64,000 nucleotides of DNA from an uncultured Bacteroidales bacterium. GTDB taxonomy: Bacteria > Bacteroidota > Bacteroidia > Bacteroidales > VadinHA17. Position 1 is the stretch's first letter. The number at the start of each line of letters is the position of its first letter. The notes under the pieces were generated by a model, which was not told the origin of the DNA, did not search any database, and saw only the letters and a program-made list of their open reading frames with translations. The stretch covers positions 1,695,572 to 1,759,571 of the forward strand of contig CAWFKI010000005.1 in NCBI GenBank assembly GCA_963816345.1, in the 5' to 3' direction. The translations under genes and the position numbers were made by a program. Shown here in pieces: positions 37,507-47,140 of the stretch.

Positions 37507-40476
37507 ATGATGTCAAAAAAATCACTTAACGCTGTAACACTCCTGGCAGCCATAATATTATCTGCATCAGGAATTTCAGCACAGCAGTCCGACCCGCCGT
37601 TTTTAAAATACATGAACCATCCCTGGGTCGATTCTGTGATGAACACTCTGAACATGGATCAGAAAATTGCACAGACAATATGGATAGCCGGCTGGTCGGG
37701 CAACGACATTGAACAGGAAGTAGAGGTCAGTGATCTGATAAGAAAACAGGGAGTCGGAGGAATTATATTCTTTCAGGGTACCGCTGAAAAACAGGCTGAG
37801 CTGACAAATTACTATCAGAAAATCTCAAAGGTACCTCTTCTGATAGCCATGGATGCAGAATGGGGTACAGGAATGAGACTTGAAAAAGTGGAAAAGTTCC
37901 CGTACCAGATGACACTGGGGGCCATAAAGAATGATTCGCTTATATACAGGCTCGGAGAAGCGGTTGCCGGCCAGTTCCGAAGACTGGGCATGCAGATCAA
38001 TCTTGCACCGGTAGCCGATATCAACATCAACCCCGGTAATCCGGTTATTAACTACAGATCATTCGGCGAGAACAGGGTTAATGTTGCAGAAAAGGCTGTA
38101 ATGTACATGAAAGGGATGCAGGATAACGGGATAATTGCCACTGCAAAACATTTTCCAGGCCATGGAGATACAAATGTCGATTCACATAATGATCTTCCCG
38201 TAATAATTCAAAACAGGGCAAGACTCGACAGCATCGAGCTCTATCCCTTCAGGAAATTAATTCAGGAAGGTACCGGCAGCATAATGACAGCGCACCTGAG
38301 CCTTCCGTCGCTCGATTCAACCTCCGGGCTTCCATCGACTCTCTCACCACTTATAATAAATGACCTTCTCAAAAAGCAGCTCGGATTTCGCGGTCTCGTA
38401 ATAACCGATGCAATGAACATGAAGGGTGTGACAAAATACTTTAAACAGGGAGAAGCTGACGCAAAAGCACTTGCAGCAGGTAATGATGTTGTGGAATTTG
38501 TCACCGAAGTTGATGCCGCAATCAGGGAAATAAGGAACTATATCCTTGAAAAAAAAATAACAAAGGAAGATCTCGATCTTAAATGCAGAAAGATCCTCGC
38601 GCTGAAATACTGGTCAGGGCTGAACAGGATAACTGATGTAAGTAAATTAAAAATCGAAAGCGAATTATCACCCCCGTCAGACAAGGCTCTTATAACCGAA
38701 CTCTACTCAAATGCCCTTACGATCCTGAACAATAACCAGAATATACTCCCGCTTAAAAATCTTCAGAACCAGAGGATAGCAACGGTAGGTATCAACAGCG
38801 ATAAGATAACAGTGTACCAGAAGCGTATCACGAGCTACCTTCCTGCAGACAATTTTATTATAAATCCGTCGGATACTTCGGCTTGTACCAAACTGCTAAA
38901 GAAGCTTGAAGGATATGATCTTGTAATAGCCGGTGTTTCCGGACTGGATCAGAGACCCACCATGGATTTTGGGATTAAGCCTTCCCTTGTGGCATTCCTT
39001 GATAAACTGACAGCTAAAAATAAAACGATAATAACATGGTTTGGAAATCCATACGGAATAACCGCGATAAAATCACTCGAAAATACTGACGGACTCATTC
39101 TGGCATACCAGGATAATAATTATACCGAAGATCTTTCAGCCCAGCTCATTTTTGGCGGGATAGGTGCACGCGGAGCCCTTCCTGTAACAATCAGCGAGAA
39201 GTGGCCATCAGATTTCGGCATAACTACTCCGGGCAACCTGAGGTTAAAATACGGGATCCCCGAAACTGCAGGATTGTCCTCGCAAATTCTTGACAGAAGA
39301 ATTGACTCTATAGCGCTGGCGGGACTGAATGCCAGGGCATACCCCGGCTGTGAAGTACTGGTGGCACGCAAGGGCACGGTAGTCTTCGATAAGTGCTATG
39401 GATTCCATACTTATGATGACTGCACTCCGGTAAATGAAACAGATCTGTTTGATCTTGCTTCCGTTACAAAGATCTCGGGATCGCTGCCGGGATTCATGCT
39501 ACTGAACACCGAGGGTAAATTCTCGCCCGACCAGACCCTGGGTCATTATCTCCCCTATTTTAAACACTCCAATAAGGGAAATTTAACAATGCGCGAGATA
39601 TTTGCCCACCAGGCCGGCCTTACTCCTTTCATTATCTTCTGGAAAGAGACTCTGAGAAAAAACGGAAAATACAAAAGACGTTACTACAGTCATGAATATT
39701 CAGAGAAGTATTCTCTCGAGGTTGCTCACGACCTGTACATAACTAAAAACTTCAGGAAGAAGATGTTTCGTGAAATAAAGAGAAGTCCGCTCGGAGAAAA
39801 AAAATATGTATACTCCGACCTGACATTCATTATAACTCCCGGGATCATTGAAAAAATCACGGGTGAAAAGTGGTATGATTATGTTTCTGAAAATATCTAC
39901 AAAAAGATCGGAGCTGATGATATTGTATTCAATCCTGACCAGAAATATCCCCTGTGCCGTATCATTCCAACCGAATATGACTCACTTTTCAGGAAACAGC
40001 AGCTAATCGGGACTGTGCACGACGAGACCTCTGCAATGCTCGGCGGGATATCGGGTCATGCCGGATTGTTTGCCACGGGAAACGATCTGATGAAGCTTAT
40101 GGAGCTCTACCGCAGGATGGGAGATTACGGTGGGGAACAGGTGATCGGCAGAAAAGTAATGGAAGAATACACCACGGTTCAGTTTCCCGGAAACAATAAC
40201 CGGCGGGCCCTTGGCTTTGATAAACCTCTTCTGAATAATTCCCGGTTGCCGCAAAGCGAGGCCTATCCGACGAAAAGTGCACCTCCTTCCAGTTTCGGCC
40301 ATTCCGGTTATACGGGAACATTTGTATGGATGGACCCGGAAAACGAGATCACCTATGTTTTTTTGTGCAACAGGGTATATCCTACAAGGAAAAGTGAAGT
40401 ATTATATAATATGAATATCCGCACGGAAATATTACAATCTGTATATGATTCCATTATCAGACCGACGAAGAACTGA
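37507..40476 (+). CDS. secreted GH3 (NagZ-like beta-N-acetylhexosaminidase) domain fused to a serine beta-lactamase/PBP-like hydrolase domain
   Basis: 989 aa with a signal peptide. GH3 motifs KHFPGHGDT and LVITDAMNMKG. C-terminal domain has SxxK (ASVTKISG), YSD and HSGYTG motifs. Confidence 0.88.
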   Translation: MMSKKSLNAVTLLAAIILSASGISAQQSDPPFLKYMNHPWVDSVMNTLNMDQKIAQTIWIAGWSGNDIEQEVEVSDLIRKQGVGGIIFFQGTAEKQAELTNYYQKISKVPLLIAMDAEWGTGMRLEKVEKFPYQMTLGAIKNDSLIYRLGEAVAGQFRRLGMQINLAPVADININPGNPVINYRSFGENRVNVAEKAVMYMKGMQDNGIIATAKHFPGHGDTNVDSHNDLPVIIQNRARLDSIELYPFRKLIQEGTGSIMTAHLSLPSLDSTSGLPSTLSPLIINDLLKKQLGFRGLVITDAMNMKGVTKYFKQGEADAKALAAGNDVVEFVTEVDAAIREIRNYILEKKITKEDLDLKCRKILALKYWSGLNRITDVSKLKIESELSPPSDKALITELYSNALTILNNNQNILPLKNLQNQRIATVGINSDKITVYQKRITSYLPADNFIINPSDTSACTKLLKKLEGYDLVIAGVSGLDQRPTMDFGIKPSLVAFLDKLTAKNKTIITWFGNPYGITAIKSLENTDGLILAYQDNNYTEDLSAQLIFGGIGARGALPVTISEKWPSDFGITTPGNLRLKYGIPETAGLSSQILDRRIDSIALAGLNARAYPGCEVLVARKGTVVFDKCYGFHTYDDCTPVNETDLFDLASVTKISGSLPGFMLLNTEGKFSPDQTLGHYLPYFKHSNKGNLTMREIFAHQAGLTPFIIFWKETLRKNGKYKRRYYSHEYSEKYSLEVAHDLYITKNFRKKMFREIKRSPLGEKKYVYSDLTFIITPGIIEKITGEKWYDYVSENIYKKIGADDIVFNPDQKYPLCRIIPTEYDSLFRKQQLIGTVHDETSAMLGGISGHAGLFATGNDLMKLMELYRRMGDYGGEQVIGRKVMEEYTTVQFPGNNNRRALGFDKPLLNNSRLPQSEAYPTKSAPPSSFGHSGYTGTFVWMDPENEITYVFLCNRVYPTRKSEVLYNMNIRTEILQSVYDSIIRPTKN

Positions 40477-40518
40477 CAGAGCTTGACGGAATATTTTAGC
40501 ATCAATAATATTCTTATC

Positions 40519-42415
40519 ATGAAACAATTAAAACCGGTTATAATATTATTGCTGGCCCTGACTGCTGAATATTCCTGTCTGGGGCGTTTTTGTTACCACA
40601 CCTGAGGTCTCTGAGGATAAAGCAGCAGTCAAAGCTTTGGTGTCTGTCGAAAACAGATCAGGATCAGAATATGAATTCACATTAAGAAATACGATTCTTT
40701 CCCCTGAAAAAGAGGAAGTTGCGGTGTCTGAAAAGATTGAAAAGCTTGGAGCGGGAGAGAAAAAGGAGGTTGAACAATTATTTGATGTCCACAAGCCTAA
40801 GTTATGGTCAGATGAATCACCATCTCTCTACTCACTTAAATCCGAGTTAATATCAGGAGGGAAAATCATTGACAGTGAAGTGACGACCTTTGGCATACGA
40901 AGTATCTCATTCACCCCTGAAAATGGATTTCTGATGAACGGGAAGCATGTTATTCTGAAGGGGGCTTGCATCCATCACGATAATGGTCCTCTTGGATCAG
41001 TGGCTTTTGACAGGGCTGACCAGCGTAAGATCGGTATTTTAAAAGCCGCCGGCTTTAACGCAATCCGTACCAGTCATAATCCCCCATCACAGGGGTTCCT
41101 CGATGCCTGCGACCGCGCGGGAATTCTTGTCATGGACGAAGCGTTTGATATGTGGGAGAAGCCAAAGCGAGCCGATGATTACCATCTGTTTTTCGACGAA
41201 TGGCATAAGAGAGATCTGCAATCAATGATATATCGTGACCGCAATCATCCTTGTGTAATTCTCTGGAGCATAGGAAATGAGATATCTGAACGGGCCGACC
41301 CTGCAGGATTAAAAATAGCCATAGAACTGAAGGGAATTATAAAGGATCTGGATACCACAAGACCCGTTACGGAAGCAATCTGCGAATTCTGGGAGACTAA
41401 AGGACGTCCATGGGACAGATTCGGCCCCGGCATTTGCCTTGTTTGATGTCTGCAGTTACAACTACGTATATCGGAGAGTATGAAAAAGACCATGCGCAGA
41501 TATCCTGAGAGGGTCATTGCGGGAACAGAATCATTTGCACTCGATATCTATCGATAACTGGAAGATGGACAACTGAAAAATCATATGTTACCGGCGATTT
41601 TGTATGGACAGGGATGGATTACCTTGGGGAGGCAGGGATCGGACAGGCAATGACCGATTCCACCACAATGTGCTGGCCATGGATCAATTCCAATTGCGGG
41701 GATATAGACCTGATCGGCTACAAAAAACCTCAGGCCTTTTACCGCGATGTGGTCTGGGACCGCAGTAAGCTTGAAATGGCCGTTGAAGAAATAGCGCCTG
41801 AAGGTAAAGCTGGCTCATAAGAGGCGTGGGGCTGGCCGCGCGAGTACCCGGGCTGGACCTGGCCCGGCAACGAGGGTAAACATGATGAAAGTGAATGTTT
41901 ATACCAAATGTGATGAGGTAAAACTGGAACTGAACGGAAAACTGATTGCAACACAAAGATCAGCACCGGGTTCAAGATTTACATATAAGTTCAATGTACC
42001 CTATGAAGCCGGGGAACTTAAAGCAATTGCATTCTCCTCCGGTAAAGAGCAGGCGGTAAAATCACTGATAACAACCGGACCTGTGGAAATGATTAAAATC
42101 ATTCCTGACCGTCAGGTAATTACATCAGACAGGAACGATCTTGCCTACCTTACTGTCGAACTGTCGGATGCAGGCGGGAACAGGGTCCCTTATGCTGAAT
42201 CAGGGATAAAGTTTCATGTGGCAGGAGATGCTGTGCTTGCAGCAGTGGATAATGGCAATCCCAGGGATCCGAAAAGCTTTCAGGCTGACAGCTGCAATGC
42301 CTGGCACGGGAGGTGCCTGGTAATATTGCGTCCCACCGGGAGAAGCGGCAAAGTGACACTGACTGCAGTTGCCGCCGGATTGCCCGTTGAAAAGTGCATT
42401 ATTGATATTAAGTAG
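40519..42415 (+). pseudogene. GH2 beta-galactosidase-like relic (N-terminal domain deleted, at least 3 frameshifts)
   Basis: The signal peptide MKQLKPVIILLLALTA runs, after a stop, straight into the middle Ig-like domain (VSVENRSGSEYEF...). The TIM-barrel motifs NAIRTSHNPPSQ and WSIGNEISE are present. Later parts (FVWTGMDYLGEAGIG, MKVNVYTKCDEVKLELNG) lie in other frames. Confidence 0.8.
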
Positions 42416-42464
42416 TTTCCTGGAGAATACAAGACAGTCGTAATGTCTGTTTATGAAAGTACTA

Positions 42465-44375
42465 TTACCGGATCAGAGCTATCTGCCTGTTATCCTCATT
42501 ATTAACCTTTTCGAAAAAATCCACAAAGGCTTCATACATTTCAACAGGGAAATTTCCTTTAAGTAATTTGAACCCTCTTATATAAGTTAACTTACTGTCA
42601 GTATAATAATATTCAGAATCATACTCTCCAAATGGCGTTTTCAGAGAAAATTTTCCTGGTTTATTATCAGATCTGAAGCGGACCGGTAAAAAATATGTAA
42701 CGGTATCATATTCACAAAATGATCGCCTGATACAAACGGGGGCTTTTCTCTGCACCGATCTTAACGGGATATCGCTTAACCTGGTAAAAAGGTTTGGTCT
42801 TAAGATCAGACCTCTTCCGGTAATTGTTGCATAGGCCGGGGATCGATATTTTTAATTCTTCAGACAGAGAGGGAACAATTGATTTATCCTGGCTATAATT
42901 AAAGCTTGCCAGATTGCCGCCGGCGATCTTTATTGTGCTGTATATGAATCTTTTTCTATCTTCATCATCCATCCTCAGGACCCTGCTCCTTTCATCATAT
43001 TTAATTCCTGTATAACTTGTATTGACAGACATTGCGGCGCTTCCATCATCATTCATTTTCACTGTTATATTTCTGATCTGTTTGTTATCCCCGGCTGAAT
43101 AGGCAGTAGTATTTACAATTTTTCCACCTGATTCACTGATGATTAACGCTTTCCTGTCATCCGTAAAGGATCCTAAAAATCCAAACGGAATCTGCTGATC
43201 TGTGCATTCAAGCCATATTGTATCATTATTGACCGGGACACAGACGATTGCATGATTAAACTGATTTGAGGGAAATCCATCCCTGAGACCCGGTGCATTT
43301 TCCCCTGCCCGTATTATTGTATAATAAGAAGTAATGCCAGCTATGTCAAGCAAAGCCTTCATGTAATTCGCCAAGGCCTTGCAATCTCCGTAAGAAACCC
43401 TGTCAACAGTCTCAGCATCTATAGGTTGCCACCCTCCCAGCCCTTCCGTTATACTTACATATCTGACCTTGTTCTGAAGATAATTATAAAGCAGTTTCAC
43501 TTTTTCATAATCATCCCCGGCCTCACTGGTAATGCGATTTTACAGTTTCCCTTGTCTTTTGACCAAGCAGGGTTTTGTTTTCACCAAGTTTTTTAATCCA
43601 TAATCCCAGGTTTGACCAACTCTCACAATTTCCCCTGATACCTCCCATTTCAAAATCATCAGGCGCAACAAATACTGCAGGCGAATATTCTTCAGGATCA
43701 GGGCTGTAGAGTTCCTTTTTTAATGCCGGCAACCCTGAAATTGCCCATTCATACAGAATTTTCGATGGTTTATTATATGTATTACAATGGTCTTTAATGT
43801 TTTGCTCGAGGTATCTGAGCCTGAATCCTTCGGGAGATATGATCCTGAAGGTTGAATTCTCAACGGCTACATTATAATCTTCATAAAGTATCCAGTTGGG
43901 ATAGTTGAAAAGTCCGTCATAGCTTATTTCATATGTGTATTCCACTGTAAATGGAGTAGTTGGTATATCCGGGATCATATACTTTCAACCTGTTGTCACT
44001 ATATAAAGAGTAGCCCGAAAGTGCAGCAACATCGGTTGCATTGGTATTAAGGCCGGTTCTGATCTGTTTGCCATTACCGTCGTAAAGCGAAGCCTTAATT
44101 TTCCGAACTGACGAAAATTTATCGTAGCCCTTTACCAACACTGAATTGCTGATCCCGTTCCTGTTCAGTATTGTTATGGCATAAGTAACTTTTATGACAG
44201 CTTTGTCGTAATCAGCAATCTCAAAGACAATATCCTGCTTTCTGATAACTGCCTTTGAATCAACGAGAAGAGCCGAGGGAATATCGGAAATAGCATATTT
44301 AGGATTATCTGCCCTGGAAGTTGCAGGATATAGCAGGAGGCAAAATAAAACCGCGCGTATGGAATCTGCTTGCAT
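42465..44375 (-). pseudogene. decayed paralogue of 33278..35200 (DUF3857 + transglutaminase-like), 3 frameshifts
   Basis: Four consecutive ORF fragments (43929-44375, 43523-43978, 42712-43500, 42465-42755) are colinear with the 640-aa protein and highly similar to it (YGDCKALANYM, FNHAIVCV, WLECTD). Shifts lie near 43960, 43510 and 42730. Confidence 0.85.
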
Positions 44376-44376
44376 A

Positions 44377-46233
44377 CTAAACTTTCTTTTTTAAAACAAT
44401 CGGCTCTGATTGCTTTTTAATTACCTGATTATAAAATTCTTTGAGAGCTACATAATCATCCGGCAGGAACAAAACCCTGTTAATTCCCAATTTTGTCGTA
44501 ATTTTTATACTCTTATCCATTCTTGTTACTTCATACATAAAGAAAGCTGCATTATCAGTAAGCTTCAGGATCTGGGATTTTGGCGACGCGACAACTGAAT
44601 AGCCATCGGGAAGAGTCAGGTTCAGGATCAAAGTTTTATCTGTGGGAACTCCAAAATCGACAGGGTATTTCCGTGTTTCAAGCTTAAAAGGATTCTCTCT
44701 GAGCTCCTCAAAGTAGGCAGGAATAATAAAGAGGCTGCTGTCTGCCTGGTAAACCTGATTGGCAATATCTACAACAAGTCTCTCCGTAAGTGATTTATAG
44801 ATACTATCGAGATTTTCGATTTTCATCTCTCTTACCGTCATGCCGGGCATTGCTCTCAGAAAATCTTCAGTATACTCCGATTGGCTATTATATTTGAAAT
44901 ATTTTTTTCTGAAATCAAATGCTGAATAATCATATCTGCTTGAGGTCATATTACCTCTCATTATCAGATCATCTGTAATATTCAGATCATAAATAATTAT
45001 ATCCAGGCCTTTCTTTTTTGTTGCAACAGGAATCCATTCATCTTTTATTTTATCAACAAGCCTGCCATCAGTGTTAAGGATCCTGGTAGGAAGCAGGTAT
45101 GACGGCATATACCGTTCTGTTGCATCCAGCAGATAATCCTTACTTCCAATCCGTACATATACAATAGCATAATTAAGTTGCTGTATACTTGGATAGTATT
45201 TTGAGACAGATCCAAAATCTTTTGTGCTTAAAGCAACAGGATATACCTCGAAATCCATTTTTTTGAGAAGCTGGAAAAGCATCAGATTGATATCGGCAGA
45301 ATTCCCGGTTCCTGATTTATAAATTGCAGAAATATTGTCATCCGATAATGCAACACCTGTTTTTTCATTCCAGTTGACTTTCAATCTTATTGTATCATAC
45401 GCTGCCCTTAGCAGGTCTTCCCTGTTATTATACCTTGAAGATAACAGCTTTGCCAGATCATTCAGATAAACTGTACTCGTGGCTGGCATTCCAAAGTAGG
45501 GACTTTCTTCCAGGATCTTATTTACTTTTTCCCAGGTCGTATTAAAGAGCATTCCTGAAAATTCAAGTATATCGATTTTCATCTTGGAAATGTAATTTTC
45601 TATTGAGCTCATAAGTGGCTCCATCTTGAAGGCATGCATGTCCCTGGCTATCCACCTTGTTGATGTAGAGTAGGCAAGCCGTTCATATCCAACAAAATTC
45701 TTTCTCATTCTCACAACGGGAGATTCCTCAAGTATCAGTTCACTGTGCAAGACAGGGATCTCTTCCTGAAATCTCCATTCGGAAGGTATTCCGGGAAAGA
45801 CGTATTCAATATCAATTACAGATCCGACTTTGACGTTTGGCATAGCCACCCTGATCAGATAATAATCACTTATGATCCTGGTTTCAAAAACAGATTCGTT
45901 CCTGAGTTTTGTCTGAACAGCTTTGCCATTCTCAAGATTTGTGGTCACACCCCTGATTGTTGATTTCCAGTCTGTACGGAAAGTTCTGTTTGCCCATTCA
46001 TATCCTTCCTTTTTCAGGATTTTTATCCTTAGAGTGCGGGTAAAGCTTAGTGTGGTAGCCCTGAAGAATCCATAGTCACATAAAACAACTGCAGGAGCTG
46101 TTGAATCAAGGTAGCACGAAGTCATCTGAAGTTCTTCCATGCTTACATTTCCAAATTTTATCGGAGCTTTCTGAGCATTAACTGAATTGACAGCAAGGAA
46201 TATCAGAATAATGAAAGATGCTGCTTTGTCCAT
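44377..46233 (-). CDS. DUF3857/DUF3858-type transglutaminase-like paralogue lacking Cys/His (paralogue of 35216..37069)
   Basis: ORF 44377..46266. I start at MDKAASFIILIFLAV. Core reads GNSADINLMLFQLLKKMDF ... LNYAIVYV ... LLDAT. The stop is 1 nt from the start of the decayed partner. Confidence 0.85.
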   Translation of the reverse strand: MDKAASFIILIFLAVNSVNAQKAPIKFGNVSMEELQMTSCYLDSTAPAVVLCDYGFFRATTLSFTRTLRIKILKKEGYEWANRTFRTDWKSTIRGVTTNLENGKAVQTKLRNESVFETRIISDYYLIRVAMPNVKVGSVIDIEYVFPGIPSEWRFQEEIPVLHSELILEESPVVRMRKNFVGYERLAYSTSTRWIARDMHAFKMEPLMSSIENYISKMKIDILEFSGMLFNTTWEKVNKILEESPYFGMPATSTVYLNDLAKLLSSRYNNREDLLRAAYDTIRLKVNWNEKTGVALSDDNISAIYKSGTGNSADINLMLFQLLKKMDFEVYPVALSTKDFGSVSKYYPSIQQLNYAIVYVRIGSKDYLLDATERYMPSYLLPTRILNTDGRLVDKIKDEWIPVATKKKGLDIIIYDLNITDDLIMRGNMTSSRYDYSAFDFRKKYFKYNSQSEYTEDFLRAMPGMTVREMKIENLDSIYKSLTERLVVDIANQVYQADSSLFIIPAYFEELRENPFKLETRKYPVDFGVPTDKTLILNLTLPDGYSVVASPKSQILKLTDNAAFFMYEVTRMDKSIKITTKLGINRVLFLPDDYVALKEFYNQVIKKQSEPIVLKKKV

Positions 46234-46440
46234 ACGCGTGTAAATAATTTCAAACAAAATAAACACATCACAGAAAGAAGCCTGTAACTCAATTTAGTTA
46301 CAAATATTCAATTATCAGCTTGTTTTATTGTTTCTCTACCTTTTATCAGTTGGTAATCTCAAAATTAATTTTTTTTCTACGAAAAGCAAATAAGAAGGAT
46401 TGTTTTAAAGCGGCATTTTAATATAAAGAGAATAAGGATA

Positions 46441-46487
46441 TCAAAAAGAAAAACGCAACCACTTGATAATTCAGTGATTGCGTTTTT
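46441..46487 (-). terminator. intrinsic terminator after the tRNA-Leu pair
   Basis: The minus strand reads AAAAACGCAAtcactgaattatcaagtggTTGCGTTTTT followed by CTTTTT. Confidence 0.55.
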
Positions 46488-46494
46488 AGCGTAG

Positions 46495-46578
46495 TGCCCA
46501 GAACAAGACTCGAACTTGCACACCCTTGCGAGCACCAGCCCCTCAAGCTGGCGTGTCTACCAATTTCACCATCTGGGC
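46495..46578 (-). tRNA. tRNA-Leu (anticodon GAG)
   Basis: GCCCAGATGGTGAAATTGGTAGACACGCCAGCTTGAGGGGCTGG...long variable arm...GCAAGTTCGAGTCTTGTTCTGGGCA. Cloverleaf folded by hand with anticodon loop TTGAGGG. No encoded CCA. Confidence 0.9.
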
Positions 46579-46589
46579 GGATGGGGTTG

Positions 46590-46673
46590 TGCCCAGAACA
46601 GGACTCGAACCTGCACATCATTACTGACACTAGTCCCTGAAACTAGCGCGTCTACCAATTTCGCCATCTGGGC
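46590..46673 (-). tRNA. tRNA-Leu (anticodon CAG)
   Basis: GCCCAGATGGCGAAATTGGTAGACGCGCTAGTTTCAGGGACTAG...GCAGGTTCGAGTCCTGTTCTGGGCA. Anticodon loop TTCAGGG, long variable arm. Confidence 0.9.
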
Positions 46674-46720
46674 TTGCCCTGGAAAAAGAACATGCTGCTT
46701 GCGTGTTATCACAGCGGCTG

Positions 46721-46728
46721 CAAAAATA
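46721..46728 (-). promoter_or_regulatory. -7 box (TATTTTTG) upstream of the tRNA-Leu pair
   Basis: The minus strand reads TATTTTTG, 48 nt upstream of the first tRNA 5' end. Confidence 0.35.
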
Positions 46729-47140
46729 AATAAAAATTTCAAAATATAAGATTGTTACAGCAAAAAAGTAAACAAACTGATAACCTGATTCTAATTACCT
46801 GTCCATTAAGGCTACTGAGGGATGTGCCATATCCTGAACATCCGGCTAAACAAGGGAAATGCTATGGAAAGCAATATAACCGGATTAATAATCTTAACAG
46901 TTTTTGCTATTCAATTGTAAGAGTTGCAAAATATGCACCTTTTAACTTTTACATATTAATTAAAAGTATATTTTTGATCCCTGATTAAAATTCATGAAAA
47001 CACTTTTTAAAAAGCTATCAGGTTGTATCGGGTATCTGCCAGACAGGTATGCATTTTCATCTTACTCTTATTAAGAATGTTAAATGATCAGGTCTGACTT
47101 CCGGAGATAGCAGGTTTTTTTAAAGCAAAATGCGAGAGAT

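Noticed and set aside
37507-46673. Genomic island integrated at the tRNA-Leu pair
   Set aside because: There is no integrase, no direct repeat of the tRNA 3' end and no mobility genes. The content is paralogues of neighbouring chromosomal genes plus decayed glycosidase DNA.
46418-46749. ORFs 46418-46630 (-) and 46516-46749 (+)
   Set aside because: They overlap the two tRNA-Leu genes. The tRNA cloverleaves explain the sequence.
46680-47140. Lysine riboswitch or attenuator upstream of lysC; also ORF 46752-46988
   Set aside because: I could not find the conserved L-box segments (AGAGGNGC, GGGAG...GCCGAAG, CUGUCA) or a convincing terminator/antiterminator pair. The 78-aa ORF has no motifs. The region probably holds the divergent tRNA and lysC promoters.
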